Assembly (NCBI GenBank): GCA_902477765.1
Contig: CABSIM010000003.1
Span: 38,667 to 102,666 of the forward strand
DNA length: 64,000 bases
Reading direction: 5' to 3'
Source of the DNA: an uncultured Clostridiaceae bacterium
Lineage (GTDB): Bacteria; Bacillota; Clostridia; Lachnospirales; Lachnospiraceae
Positions 1-10,139 of this stretch are shown here, one piece after another. Position 1 is the first letter of the stretch, and the number at the start of each line of letters is the position of its first letter. The notes under the pieces were generated by a model. It was not told the origin of the DNA. It ran no database searches and was given only the letters and a program-made list of their open reading frames with translations. Made by a program: the position numbers and the translations under genes.

Positions 1-343
1 TCCACAGGTTGGGCTTTACATTTTCTCCGGGGAACTGATGCTGGCGCATACCGGTTCCGCGGGTCATCTGCCAGTAGATGAAAATCTCGCTGTCATCCAT
101 TTTAGACAGCATGTCATAGAGAATACCGGAGATTTCTTCCTTGGTGTAGGGCATTTTGATACGCAGCAGGCCGGCGCTGTTAAAGAAGCGGTCCAGATGC
201 TCTTTCAGGGCAAAAATCTTTCCGTTTCTTGCCAGAGTTGCTTCATAGACACCGTCGCCGAAATAGCAGACACGGTCGTTCATCGGTACGGTCATTTCTT
301 CCAGCGGACCGAAACTGCCGTTGTAGTAACCTAATGTTTTCAT
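1..343 (-). CDS. Class IV aminotransferase (D-amino-acid aminotransferase-like), 5' part; runs off the window
   Basis: Absent from the ORF track; translated manually from ATG at 343 (RBS GGGAGGGAG): MKTLGYYNGSFGPLEEMTVPMNDRVCYFGDGVYEATLARNGKIFALKEHLDRFFNSA...IYWQMTRG. DR-x-x-x-FGDGVYE, HLDR and Q-x-TRG are class IV PLP aminotransferase motifs. Confidence 0.85.
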   Translation of the reverse strand, partial: MKTLGYYNGSFGPLEEMTVPMNDRVCYFGDGVYEATLARNGKIFALKEHLDRFFNSAGLLRIKMPYTKEEISGILYDMLSKMDDSEIFIYWQMTRGTGMRQHQFPGENVKPNLW

Positions 344-548
344 GATTTTACTCCCTCCCAGGTATCATATAGGCACAGCCGCAGACCTTCTGCGGCCAAC
401 TTAATCATAACACTCTTTGACAGCCTTGTAAAGCCGTAACAGCCGGGGGCAGACGGGAAAATTTCAGAGAAAATTAAGGTTTCATCCATTGTGAGAACCA
501 TGGGAATCCTGTATAATGATAACAGTGAAAACGGAATGAGGTGTACCA

Positions 549-1280
549 ATGAACATCGGAATGAATCCCAACGGAGAACTGGTTCAGTCTGCCGTCAATG
601 CGCCCAATGTCTTTGAGATCCCGGAACGGTTCCTCAGTGAGGCCAAAAAATTTCAGGAACTGATGATGATGTATTCCTGTGCCATCCGGGAAGTCAAGAC
701 AAAACTGGAAGTGCTCAATGACGATCTGGCTGTGAAAAACCAGAGAAATCCCATACAGATGATAAAGTCCAGAATCAAAAAACCCGCAAGCATTCTGGAA
801 AAGATGCAGAGGAGAGGGTTTCCCCTGACAGTCGGCTCCATTTACGATAACCTTTATGATGTGGCGGGAATCCGGGTGATCTGCTCTTTTGTGGACGATA
901 TCTATGAAGTGGCTGAAATGCTGGCACGGCAGGATGATGTGAAGGTCCTGACCGTAAAGGATTACATCCGGTGTCCCAAGGTCAACGGATACAGAAGCTA
1001 CCATATGATCGTGGAGATACCGGTATATTTTTCGGACAGAAAGCAGAAGATGAAAGTGGAGGTGCAGATCCGGACCATTGCCATGGATTTCTGGGCCAGT
1101 CTGGACCACCAGATGAAGTATAAGAAGGACCTGGATGACGGAGGGGAAATCAGCGAAGAACTGAAGGCCTGTGCGGAAGTCATTGCCCAGACGGACCTCA
1201 AGATGCTGGCCATCCGGCAGAAAATTGAAGAACGGGAGAGTCCTGAAAAACAGAAGCTTCTGGAATTTGACAAGGACTGA
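549..1280 (+). CDS. Small alarmone synthetase, (p)ppGpp synthetase of RelP/RelQ (YjbM/YwaC) type
   Basis: SRIKKPASILEK, DVAGIRVIC, DYI..PKVNGYRSYH and VEVQIRTIAMDFWASLDH motifs; RBS GAGGTG. Confidence 0.9.
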   Translation: MNIGMNPNGELVQSAVNAPNVFEIPERFLSEAKKFQELMMMYSCAIREVKTKLEVLNDDLAVKNQRNPIQMIKSRIKKPASILEKMQRRGFPLTVGSIYDNLYDVAGIRVICSFVDDIYEVAEMLARQDDVKVLTVKDYIRCPKVNGYRSYHMIVEIPVYFSDRKQKMKVEVQIRTIAMDFWASLDHQMKYKKDLDDGGEISEELKACAEVIAQTDLKMLAIRQKIEERESPEKQKLLEFDKD

Positions 1281-1290
1281 ACCGGAAAAA

Positions 1291-2025
1291 TCAGTAGAGA
1301 TAACGGGACAGGGTTTCGGTGATAAGGAACCCTGTTTTTTCATACAGTGTCAGGGCCGGAAGATTGTCCCCGGAAACCTGAAGACGCACCGGACGGGAGC
1401 TGAGGCGGGACAGATCAGAAAGCACACCGGAAAGAAATGACTTTCCGTATCCGCGGCCCCGGTGCCGGGGCTGAATCTCAAAACCGTAAAGATAATAGGA
1501 GTCTCCGTATTCGGCAATGGTAAGTGAACCATAGGGACAGCTGTAAAGAAATACAGGCCGGCCGCTTTCTGTGGATCCGCAGAGACTGCGGACAGCCGCA
1601 AGCGGGGCCGGCAGGGACTCTGTGTTTCCTGCAGGCCGCTCCATCATATGCTCCCGGGAGAGCAGATCAGCACCCAGCGCATGCAGGGCCTTCACGGTAT
1701 CGGAAGAATGTTCATCCACATAAAAGAAGAAATCTGATTCTTCCGGCAGAAGCTCCTCCGCAGTATCCAGAAGCAGGGAAAAAAGACCGCGGTTCCGGAA
1801 TTCCGGCCGGGTGAAAGCTGAACAGTCATATCCGCCCCCTTCCTCCGGGGAAAAGGCGGCAGCAGAAAGAAGACAGCCGTTTTCTGCATAATAGAGAAGA
1901 TAAAGCTCTGCGTCCTCTTCAGGGAAAGACAGAGAAGTTCCGTCGGCGGCACAGCAGTGTGCAGCCAGGGAGCGGACCAGGGCTTTCCGGTCCGGATTCA
2001 GTACGGAAAATTTTTCCAGCGGCAT
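1291..2025 (-). CDS. GNAT family N-acetyltransferase (tandem GNAT domains)
   Basis: Two acetyl-CoA loops (PEFRNRGLF and PRHRGRGYG) plus N-x-x-A-x-x-LYEKTGF; RBS GGGAGGT. Confidence 0.8.
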   Translation of the reverse strand: MPLEKFSVLNPDRKALVRSLAAHCCAADGTSLSFPEEDAELYLLYYAENGCLLSAAAFSPEEGGGYDCSAFTRPEFRNRGLFSLLLDTAEELLPEESDFFFYVDEHSSDTVKALHALGADLLSREHMMERPAGNTESLPAPLAAVRSLCGSTESGRPVFLYSCPYGSLTIAEYGDSYYLYGFEIQPRHRGRGYGKSFLSGVLSDLSRLSSRPVRLQVSGDNLPALTLYEKTGFLITETLSRYLY

Positions 2026-2180
2026 GACCGATACCTCCCGTTAAATGACTGAATAAACCGGAAATTATTATAGTACAGAAAACCAGGCCTTTTCAAGGCA
2101 AAATTTGTGCCATTTTCCTGTATTGCGGGTGGAAAATTCCGGTGATAAAATGGACACATTGAAAGGTGAGGAGAGCGTAT

Positions 2181-2540
2181 ATGAAGTATCTGAAGGAAGT
2201 TGCCATTATATTCGGAATTACCATGGCAGGGGAATGTCTGAACCTTTTTCTGCCCCTTCCGGTGCCGGCCGGAGTATACGGACTTTTTATTCTGCTGGGA
2301 CTGCTCTGCAGCGGCCTTGTGAAGCTGTCGGATGTGGCCTGTACGGGAGAACTGCTGCTGGATCTGATGCCCATGATGTTCATTCCGGCTGCGGTGGGAA
2401 TCCTGGAAAGCCTGGAAGAGCTGAAGGCCATTCTGGTGCCGTTTCTTGTGATTTCCGCAGTATCCACTCTGGTGGTGATGACGGTTACGGGGAAAACGGC
2501 AGAACTGGTGCTGCATCATGAGAACAGGGAGGACAAATAA
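2181..2540 (+). CDS. lrgA: CidA/LrgA family membrane protein
   Basis: About 120 aa and hydrophobic, with PVPAGVYGL and MMFIPAAVG motifs; abuts an LrgB gene. Start placed at the ATG after GAGGAG. Confidence 0.85.
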   Translation: MKYLKEVAIIFGITMAGECLNLFLPLPVPAGVYGLFILLGLLCSGLVKLSDVACTGELLLDLMPMMFIPAAVGILESLEELKAILVPFLVISAVSTLVVMTVTGKTAELVLHHENREDK

Positions 2541-3215
2541 ATGCCGCTGTATTTTGGAATGTTCGTGAGTGTAACTGCGTATCTGATCGGGCTTCGCCTG
2601 AAGAAAAAACTGGGCTGGCAGATCCTGAATCCTCTGCTGATCGCCATTGTTCTGGTTATTGCCGTACTCCTGATGGGAAAGATTCCTTATGAGGAATACA
2701 ACAAAGGAGCAGGATATATCAGCTATTTCCTGACGCCGGCCACGGTCTGCCTGGCCATTCCCCTTTATAAACAGCTGGATCTGTTAAGGAAAAACCTGGC
2801 CGCAGTCATTGTGGGAATCGTTTCCGGCGTGATTGCCAGTGCAGCAAGCGTTTTTGCCATGGCACTGCTTTTCCGGCTGGAACATGTTCACTATGTGTCC
2901 CTTCTCCCCAAGTCCATTACCACAGCCATCGGCATGGGCGTTTCGGAAGAAGCGGGCGGAATTGTCACAATTACCATTGTCAGTATCATTATTACGGGAA
3001 TTCTGGGCAATATGATAGCAGAGCTGTGGTTTAAGCTGATCCGGGTGGAACACCCCATCGCCAAAGGCCTGGCTCTCGGAACCGCGGCCCACGCCATCGG
3101 AACGGCCAAAGCCCTGGAACTGGGTGAAGTGGAAGGAGCCATGAGCAGCCTGTCCATTGCCGTTGCAGGACTTCTGACTGTGGTGGCTGTTCCGCTGGTT
3201 TCCGGTCTTATCTGA
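2541..3215 (+). CDS. lrgB: LrgB family membrane protein
   Basis: NPLLIAI, LTPATVCLAIPLY, PKSITTAIG and GTAAHAIGTA motifs. Confidence 0.9.
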   Translation: MPLYFGMFVSVTAYLIGLRLKKKLGWQILNPLLIAIVLVIAVLLMGKIPYEEYNKGAGYISYFLTPATVCLAIPLYKQLDLLRKNLAAVIVGIVSGVIASAASVFAMALLFRLEHVHYVSLLPKSITTAIGMGVSEEAGGIVTITIVSIIITGILGNMIAELWFKLIRVEHPIAKGLALGTAAHAIGTAKALELGEVEGAMSSLSIAVAGLLTVVAVPLVSGLI

Positions 3216-3248
3216 TGGAAATAACAGAAAACCTGAAGGGAGAGCATT

Positions 3249-5057
3249 ATGGCTGAAACCGTAAGGACGGCAATGGAAACAGAAGAGAAATACAGATGGA
3301 ATCTGAGAGATCTGATTTCAGATGAAGAAGAATGGAAATCACTGATCCGGCAGGCAGAGGAAGGTTTTACTGTCCTGTCTGCATATGAAGGCACACTGGG
3401 AATGTCAGCAGAGACACTGGGTTCCTGTCTGCGGTGCCGTGACAGAATTGAAGGAATCCTGTCACGGGTGGTTGCTTATGCCAGACAGAAGAGGGATGAA
3501 AATACTGCTGACAGTGCCGGACAGACGCTGGCATCGGAAGCGGAAGGCCTGATTGCCAGGTATATGGAAGCTGAGGCCTTTCTGGAGCCGGAAATCCAGG
3601 AGATTCCCGAGGGACGGATCCGGGAATGGATGGAAACGGAGCCGCTGGCACTGTACAGAAGATATCTGGAACGGCTGCTTGCCAGAAAGGCGCACATGCT
3701 TTCCTCCCGGGAAGAACGTCTTCTGGCCATGGCCGCGGATGCGGCAAACGGGGCATCGGCTGCATTTACGATGCTCAACAACGCGGATCTGACATTTGAA
3801 CCCGTGAAGGACAGGGACGGAAGACAGGTTCCGGTGACCCATGGACGGTACGGACTGCTTATGGAGAGCCAGGACCGGGAGATCCGAAGGGATGCGTTTC
3901 TCTCCTATTATAAAAGTTACAGGCAGTCTGCCAACACAATGGCCGCACTGTTTGAAAGCAATCTGAAGCAGGCATGTTTCTATGCCAGAGCCCGCCGGTA
4001 TCCGTCTTCCAGAGCCTATTATCTGGCGGAGAATGAGATTCCGGAAGCCGTATACGACAATCTGATCCGCACGGTCCGGGGAAGACTTGACCTGATGCAC
4101 CGGTATGTGTCCATAAGGAAAAAAATTCTGGGTCTGGGGGAACTTCACATGTATGATATGTTCGTTCCTCTGGTGCCGTCCATGGACAGAAAAGTAACCT
4201 ATGAAGAAGCAGAAGGCCTGATTCTGGAAGCACTGAGACCTCTGGGAGAAAATTACGGGAAGCTGCTGAAACAGGGACTGGAAGGCCGGTGGGTGGATGT
4301 CTATGAGAGACCGGGAAAAAGGAGCGGAGGCTATTCTTCCTGCGTTTACGGATTTCATCCGTATGTGCTGATGAGTTACGACGATACCCTCAATTCAGTC
4401 CTTACCCTGGCCCATGAAATGGGACATTCCCTTCATTCCTGGTATTCCAATGAAGCGCAGCCTTACCCGTATGCGGATTACAGAATTTTTGTGGCTGAGG
4501 TGGCATCCACCTGCAACGAAGCCCTGCTTCTCAGATATCTGATGGAAAAGGCGGAAAGCAGGAAGGAAAAAGCATATCTGGCAAATCAGTTTCTGGAACG
4601 GTTCCGGGGAACCATGTTCCGTCAGACCATGCTTGCGGAATTCGAACTGGAGACGCACCGGATGGCGTGGGACAGAAAGCCTCTGACCAGGGAGGTTCTG
4701 TGCCGGCTGTATCAGGACCTGAATGTCTGCTATTACGGAGACGATGTGACGGTGGATCCGGATATCAGCTATGAATGGGCGAGAATTCCCCATTTTTACA
4801 GTCCGTTTTATGTGTATCAGTATGCCACGGGGTTCGCAGCCGCCATGGCAGTCAGCAGCAGGATCCTGTCGGGAGACAGAAACGCCTTGTCGGGGTACCT
4901 GGAATTTCTTAAGGGAGGATGTTCCATGACCCCCATCGGACTTCTGAAGCTCTGCGGCCTTGATATGGAAAAACCGCAGGTGGTGGAAGAGGCTCTGGAT
5001 GTATTTGAATCACTTCTTGATGAATTTGAAAAAGAGACCGGCAGCTTTGCCGGATAA
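3249..5057 (+). CDS. pepF: Oligoendopeptidase F (peptidase M3B)
   Basis: HEMGH zinc motif, AEVAST, WARIPHFY.PFYVYQYATG and GKRSGGYS. Confidence 0.95.
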   Translation: MAETVRTAMETEEKYRWNLRDLISDEEEWKSLIRQAEEGFTVLSAYEGTLGMSAETLGSCLRCRDRIEGILSRVVAYARQKRDENTADSAGQTLASEAEGLIARYMEAEAFLEPEIQEIPEGRIREWMETEPLALYRRYLERLLARKAHMLSSREERLLAMAADAANGASAAFTMLNNADLTFEPVKDRDGRQVPVTHGRYGLLMESQDREIRRDAFLSYYKSYRQSANTMAALFESNLKQACFYARARRYPSSRAYYLAENEIPEAVYDNLIRTVRGRLDLMHRYVSIRKKILGLGELHMYDMFVPLVPSMDRKVTYEEAEGLILEALRPLGENYGKLLKQGLEGRWVDVYERPGKRSGGYSSCVYGFHPYVLMSYDDTLNSVLTLAHEMGHSLHSWYSNEAQPYPYADYRIFVAEVASTCNEALLLRYLMEKAESRKEKAYLANQFLERFRGTMFRQTMLAEFELETHRMAWDRKPLTREVLCRLYQDLNVCYYGDDVTVDPDISYEWARIPHFYSPFYVYQYATGFAAAMAVSSRILSGDRNALSGYLEFLKGGCSMTPIGLLKLCGLDMEKPQVVEEALDVFESLLDEFEKETGSFAG

Positions 5058-5088
5058 CTGAGGAAAACAGCAGCAGGAAAGGCGTGAG

Positions 5089-5865
5089 GTGAGTATTATG
5101 AATCTGTATGAAGCTATATTCAGCCGGAAATCGGTCAGAAAGTTCCGCATGGAGCCAATCGCGTCAGAACTTCTGGACAGAATCCGGAAATTTATAGATA
5201 ATGTATCCTGCCTGGATAATCAGAGCAGGGTGGAGTTTGAGATCATTGACAATCTGCAGGAAAAGCAGAAGGTGAAGGGACTGGGAAAGACGGATGCGCC
5301 CTACTATCTGGCTGTATACTGTGAGGACAGCAGGCAGTCGGTCAGGAATGCCGGATATGCGGCGGAGCAGGTGGTCCTTTATATGACGGAAAAGGAAATC
5401 GGAACCTGTTATCTGGGAGCGGCCAGAACAGGAGAAAATACAAAGAACGGGCTGCGCCGGTTCCTGATCATTGCATTCGGTTTCTGTGAAGGGAAACTTT
5501 ACAGAGACAGCATGGCTGCGCACCGTCTTTCTCTCAGCAGCCTCTGCGTATATAAGGACGAACCGGGAGAAAACATCAAATCCATACTGAAGGCAGCCAG
5601 ACTTGCACCGTCGGCCTTCAACAGCCAGCCGTGGAGGTTTGTGGTCTATTCTGACCGGATCTATATTTTCGCAAAGAAAGACGCCCTTCCCCGTACCAGG
5701 AGACTGCTGGCCATGCGGGATTTCGGCATCGGCATCATGCTTTCCCATATCATGCTGGCAGCCGAGGAACTGTGGATGAATATGGAGACCGTTACGGAGG
5801 AACAGTTTTTAAAGAAAGTTTATAAGAACGGCGAGTACATTTGTACGATTGTTTTCCATATCTGA
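5089..5865 (+). CDS. Nitroreductase family protein
   Basis: YEAIFSRKSVRKF and ARLAPSAFNSQPWRF FMN-binding motifs. Start may be the ATG at 5098. Confidence 0.85.
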   Translation: MSIMNLYEAIFSRKSVRKFRMEPIASELLDRIRKFIDNVSCLDNQSRVEFEIIDNLQEKQKVKGLGKTDAPYYLAVYCEDSRQSVRNAGYAAEQVVLYMTEKEIGTCYLGAARTGENTKNGLRRFLIIAFGFCEGKLYRDSMAAHRLSLSSLCVYKDEPGENIKSILKAARLAPSAFNSQPWRFVVYSDRIYIFAKKDALPRTRRLLAMRDFGIGIMLSHIMLAAEELWMNMETVTEEQFLKKVYKNGEYICTIVFHI

Positions 5866-5929
5866 TGAAGTCGGATTATTTCTTCTCTGACAATAAAATG
5901 TGGAATTTTTATTCCGGTGGGTTTTTGAC

Positions 5930-5958
5930 TTGAAACACAACTTTACTTATGCTAAAAT
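5930..5958 (+). promoter_or_regulatory. Sigma-A promoter of the pyrF operon
   Basis: TTGAAA (5930-5935), 17 nt spacer, extended TGcTAAAAT (5950-5958). Confidence 0.6.
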
Positions 5959-6002
5959 TGACAGGATAAATAAAAACCGGAAATCCATTGAAGGAGGAAG
6001 TT

Positions 6003-6920
6003 ATGATCAGTCAGCTCGTACAGAAGATTCAGGAAACAAAAGCACCCATCTGTGTCGGTCTGGATCCAATGCTGGGATACATTCCGTCCCATATTGTTCA
6101 GAAATCTTTTAAGGAGTTCGGAGAAACCCTCGAAGGGGCTGCCGACGCTGTCTGGCAGTTTAATAAAGAAATTGTAGACCATACGTATGATTTGATTCCC
6201 TCAGTGAAACCACAGATTGCCATGTATGAGCAGTTTGGCATTGAGGGACTTAAAATATATGCGAGAACCGTGGAATACTGCCAGCAGAAGGGACTTCTGG
6301 TAATCGGCGATGTGAAGCGGGGAGATATCGGATCCACTTCTTCTGCCTATGCAGTAGGCCATCTGGGAACGGTCAAGGTCGGCAGCAATGTATGTTCCGG
6401 TTTCAGCACGGATTTCATCACGGTAAATCCCTATCTGGGGACTGACGGCGTAAAGCCTTTCGTGGATGTATGCCGGGAAGAAGACAAGGGTCTGTTCGTT
6501 CTGGTGAAGACTTCCAACCCTTCCAGCGGCGAGTTCCAGGACAGGCTCATCGACGGCCGTCCTCTTTATGAACTGGTGGCAGAGAAAGTGGTGGAATGGG
6601 GAGAGTCCTGCATGGACGGCGCCTACAGCAATGTGGGAGCCGTGGTGGGAGCCACCTATCCGGAAATGAGCAAGGTGCTCCGGAAACTGATGCCCCACAC
6701 CTATTTCCTGGTTCCCGGATACGGAGCCCAGGGCGGAACTGCAGAAGACCTGAGACACTGCTTCAATGAGGACGGACTGGGAGCCATTGTCAATTCCTCC
6801 CGCGGAATCATTGCCGCATACAAACAGGAAAAATATTCCAAATTCGGACCGGAACATTTTGCCGAGGCTTCCAGACAGGCAGTTCTGGACATGATCGCTG
6901 ATATCAGCAGAGTTCTGTAA
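6003..6920 (+). CDS. pyrF: Orotidine-5'-phosphate decarboxylase (subfamily 2)
   Basis: ICVGLDP, VKPQIA, DVKRGDIGST, KTSNP, LVPGYGAQGG and NSSRGII; ATG at 6003 after AAGGAGG. Confidence 0.95.
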   Translation: MISQLVQKIQETKAPICVGLDPMLGYIPSHIVQKSFKEFGETLEGAADAVWQFNKEIVDHTYDLIPSVKPQIAMYEQFGIEGLKIYARTVEYCQQKGLLVIGDVKRGDIGSTSSAYAVGHLGTVKVGSNVCSGFSTDFITVNPYLGTDGVKPFVDVCREEDKGLFVLVKTSNPSSGEFQDRLIDGRPLYELVAEKVVEWGESCMDGAYSNVGAVVGATYPEMSKVLRKLMPHTYFLVPGYGAQGGTAEDLRHCFNEDGLGAIVNSSRGIIAAYKQEKYSKFGPEHFAEASRQAVLDMIADISRVL

Positions 6921-6935
6921 ATACAGGAGGTAGCC

Positions 6936-7781
6936 ATGGCACAGAAAAAGATAAAGGCAGTGATCGCAAGCCAGGAAAAGCTGACGGACGGAATTTACAG
7001 CATGTGGCTGGAAGCACCGGAGATGGCGGCTGAGGCTGTACCGGGACAGTTTATTGCGGTATATCCGGCAGATCGCTCGAAACTCCTTCCCAGACCCATC
7101 AGCATCTGTGAGACAGATAAAGAAAAAGGCTGCCTGCGCATTGTATACAGGGTTGCCGGAGGCGGCACTCTCGAATTTTCCGGATACGGAGCCGGAGACA
7201 GTCTGGACATCATGGGCCCTCTGGGCAACGGATTCCCTCTGGAAAAGAAGAAGGCGCTTCTGATCGGCGGAGGCATCGGAATCCCTCCGATGCTGGAGCT
7301 GGCAAAAAAACTGGACTGTGAAAAAACCGCTGTTCTGGGATACCGGGACAGCCGGATGTTCCTGAAAGATGAGATCGGAGCATATGCCGGAGTGGCGGTG
7401 GCCACGGAAGACGGCAGTGCGGGAACAAAGGGAACTGTGATTGATGCCATCCGGGAAAACGGACTTTCCGCGGATATCATCTACGCTTGCGGTCCTACGC
7501 CTATGTTAAAGGCACTGAAGGCGTATGCCGCTGAAAAGGGAATCGAATGCTACATCTCCCTGGAAGAAAAAATGGCCTGCGGCATCGGCGCCTGCCTCGG
7601 CTGCGTCTGCCACAGCAGGGATGTGGATGAGCACAGCAATGTGAGAAACAAAAGAGTCTGCAAAGACGGACCGGTGTTCCGCGCGGAGGAAGTGGAACTC
7701 CTTTCCACGGAAGAGCAGAGGGAGCGGATCGGAAGCGGCTGCATGTGCGGCACGGTCAGAGTGAAGGAGGACCAGGAATGA
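6936..7781 (+). CDS. pyrK: Dihydroorotate dehydrogenase electron transfer subunit
   Basis: [27 protein letters not shown] and [11 protein letters not shown]...VCKDGPVF (2Fe-2S ligands). Confidence 0.95.
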   Translation: MAQKKIKAVIASQEKLTDGIYSMWLEAPEMAAEAVPGQFIAVYPADRSKLLPRPISICETDKEKGCLRIVYRVAGGGTLEFSGYGAGDSLDIMGPLGNGFPLEKKKALLIGGGIGIPPMLELAKKLDCEKTAVLGYRDSRMFLKDEIGAYAGVAVATEDGSAGTKGTVIDAIRENGLSADIIYACGPTPMLKALKAYAAEKGIECYISLEEKMACGIGACLGCVCHSRDVDEHSNVRNKRVCKDGPVFRAEEVELLSTEEQRERIGSGCMCGTVRVKEDQE

Positions 7782-8680
7782 ATACAAAGGTGAATCTGGC
7801 CGGCGTTGAACTGAAAAATCCTGTCATGACGGCATCAGGTACCTTCGGCTCCGGCATGGAATACGGGGAAATGGTGGATCTGAACCGTCTGGGGGCCGTG
7901 GTGACAAAGGGAATCGCCAATGTGCCGTGGCCGGGAAATCCCACCCCCCGTGTAACGGAAGTATACGGCGGCATGCTGAATGCCATCGGCCTTCAGGGAC
8001 CTGGCGTGGACGTGTTTATAGAAAGGGACATTCCATTCCTGAAACAGTATGATACGAAGATCATAGTCAATGTCTGCGGAAAGACAAAAGAGGACTATGT
8101 GGATGTGGTGGAGCGTCTGGGAGACACGGATGTGGACATGCTGGAAATCAATATTTCCTGTCCCAATGTGAAGGAAGGCGGCATTGCGTTCGGCCAGGAT
8201 CCCAGATGTGCGGAGGAGATCACGGCGGCAGTGAAAAAGGTTGCCAGACAGCCGGTGATCATGAAGCTTTCCCCCAATGTGACCGACATCACGGAAATGG
8301 CAAGGGCAGTGGAGGCAGGCGGAGCCGATGTGGTCTCCCTGATCAACACACTGACAGGAATGAAAATTGATATCAACAGAAGGACCTTTGCGCTGGCCAA
8401 TAAGACCGGAGGACTTTCGGGCCCGGCAGTGAAGCCGGTGGCCGTGCGGATGGTATACCAGGTGGCCGGCGCCGTGAAAATTCCGGTTATCGGCATGGGC
8501 GGCATCATGACTGCCGAGGATGCTCTTGAGTTTATTCTGGCCGGTGCCACTGCAGTTTCCGTGGGCACGGCAAACTTTGTCAATCCGTCCGCTACGGTGG
8601 AGATTGCGGAAGGAATTGAAGATTACATGAGAAGAAACCATGTGGAGGATATCCGGGAACTCATTGGAGCCGTCAGGTAG
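7778..8680 (+). CDS. pyrD: Dihydroorotate dehydrogenase B, catalytic subunit
   Basis: [27 protein letters not shown] and [14 protein letters not shown] overlap with the pyrK stop. Confidence 0.95.
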   Translation: MNTKVNLAGVELKNPVMTASGTFGSGMEYGEMVDLNRLGAVVTKGIANVPWPGNPTPRVTEVYGGMLNAIGLQGPGVDVFIERDIPFLKQYDTKIIVNVCGKTKEDYVDVVERLGDTDVDMLEINISCPNVKEGGIAFGQDPRCAEEITAAVKKVARQPVIMKLSPNVTDITEMARAVEAGGADVVSLINTLTGMKIDINRRTFALANKTGGLSGPAVKPVAVRMVYQVAGAVKIPVIGMGGIMTAEDALEFILAGATAVSVGTANFVNPSATVEIAEGIEDYMRRNHVEDIRELIGAVR

Positions 8681-8746
8681 GAAACGACGCAAAATCCGGA
8701 AAACAGCAGCGGCAGCTGCCAACATTCAGAGAGGGGTAAAAGGAAT

Positions 8747-9421
8747 ATGGAAAGATACAAGCAGGAATTTATTGAATTCATGGTGGACTGCGGCGTCCTG
8801 AAATTCGGAGATTTCGTTACCAAGAGCGGAAGAAAGACTCCGTTCTTCGTGAACACCGGCTTTTACCGCACCGGTGCCCAGCTGAGAAAACTGGGAGAAT
8901 ATTATGCAAAGGCCATTAAAGAAACTTTCGGAACGGATTTCGACGTACTGTTCGGGCCGGCCTATAAAGGAATTCCCCTGACTGTGGCTGCCAGCATGGC
9001 CCTCAGCGAGCATTTCGGCGCTGATGTCAAGTACTGCTCCAACAGAAAAGAAGTGAAGGACCACGGCGACAAGGGTATTCTTCTGGGAAGTCCCATTGCC
9101 GATGGAGACAAGGTTGTGATCATTGAGGATGTGACCACTGCGGGAACTTCCATCGAGGAGACTCTGCCGATTATCCGTGCCCAGGGCAACGTGGATGTGC
9201 TGGGTCTGGTGGTGTCCGTGGACCGCTGTGAGAGAGGCCAGGGAGAAAAGTCCGCGCTTACGGAGATTCAGGAGAAATACGGATTCCGCACCACAGCCAT
9301 CGTAACCATGATGGAAGTGGTAGAGCATCTTTACAACAGGGAGTATAAGGGAAAAGTCATCATTGATGATACCCTGAAAGCTGCCATTGATGCGTACTAT
9401 GAGCAGTACGGCGTGAAATAA
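8747..9421 (+). CDS. pyrE: Orotate phosphoribosyltransferase
   Basis: FVTKSGR, FGPAYKGIPL, NRKEVKDHG and VIIEDVTTAGTS (PRPP loop). Confidence 0.95.
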   Translation: MERYKQEFIEFMVDCGVLKFGDFVTKSGRKTPFFVNTGFYRTGAQLRKLGEYYAKAIKETFGTDFDVLFGPAYKGIPLTVAASMALSEHFGADVKYCSNRKEVKDHGDKGILLGSPIADGDKVVIIEDVTTAGTSIEETLPIIRAQGNVDVLGLVVSVDRCERGQGEKSALTEIQEKYGFRTTAIVTMMEVVEHLYNREYKGKVIIDDTLKAAIDAYYEQYGVK

Positions 9422-9432
9422 GGGGTGCCTGA

Positions 9433-9582
9433 ATGGAAAGAATTTATAAGACGATGAGGAATGCGGGAGCAGCAAATGTTGCAGTGGGAATCGTGATCCT
9501 GACCGTCGGACTGGCTGCCGGAATCATGACCATTATAAGCGGAGCCATTCTGCTGAAAAGAAAATCAGAGATCACATTTTAA
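9433..9582 (+). CDS. Small (49 aa) membrane protein
   Basis: Below the ORF-track cutoff; MERIYKTMRNAGAANVAVGIVILTVGLAAGIMTIISGAILLKRKSEITF*, with AGGGGTG RBS right after the pyrE stop. Confidence 0.75.
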   Translation: MERIYKTMRNAGAANVAVGIVILTVGLAAGIMTIISGAILLKRKSEITF

Positions 9583-9668
9583 AATATGACTGAAGACATG
9601 GCCGGGAACACTCCGGAGAAATCCGGAGAGCGCCCGGCCGCTGTTTTCTGCGGATGGAGATTAGAGAG

Positions 9669-10139
9669 ATGATAGGAAGAAACAGACACCGGAAACTGGG
9701 GTTTGTGCTGTTTGTCCTGTATCTGGTTCTGCTGACATACTTCCTGTTTTTTGCCGAGACAATGGGGCGGAGTCCGGAGGCCAGAACGGATTACAGATAT
9801 AACCTGGTTTTGTTCAAGGAGATACGGAGATTTATCATGTACCGGGATATTCTGGGATACAGAGCGGTTTTTATGAATATCGCAGGTAATATGATCGCCT
9901 TTATGCCGTTCGGATTCTTCCTTCCGGTGATCTGGCACAGAATGAAGCACTGGTATACCACCACAGTCCTGAGCTTTACCTTCAGCCTCTGTGTGGAGAC
10001 ACTGCAGCTGGTTATGAAAGTGGGAAGTTTTGACGTGGATGACCTGGTTTTGAACACCATCGGCGGACTGGCCGGGTATGCCATATACCGTTTTCTGAAA
10101 GGAGTGTGGCACAGATACAGTGAAACGGATCGGAAATAA
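9669..10139 (+). CDS. VanZ family membrane protein
   Basis: YNLVLFKEI, GNMIAFMPFGF and ETLQL...GSFDVDDLVLNTIGG. Start could be 9654. Confidence 0.9.
   Translation: MIGRNRHRKLGFVLFVLYLVLLTYFLFFAETMGRSPEARTDYRYNLVLFKEIRRFIMYRDILGYRAVFMNIAGNMIAFMPFGFFLPVIWHRMKHWYTTTVLSFTFSLCVETLQLVMKVGSFDVDDLVLNTIGGLAGYAIYRFLKGVWHRYSETDRK

Noticed and set aside
549..2025. SAS + GNAT as a toxSAS or GNAT toxin-antitoxin pair
   Set aside because: The genes are convergent, there is no upstream antitoxin ORF, and the SAS looks like a housekeeping RelP/RelQ.
2181..3215. lrgA/lrgB as a prophage lysis cassette
   Set aside because: No phage genes are nearby; LrgAB pairs are ordinary chromosomal transport/murein-regulator genes.
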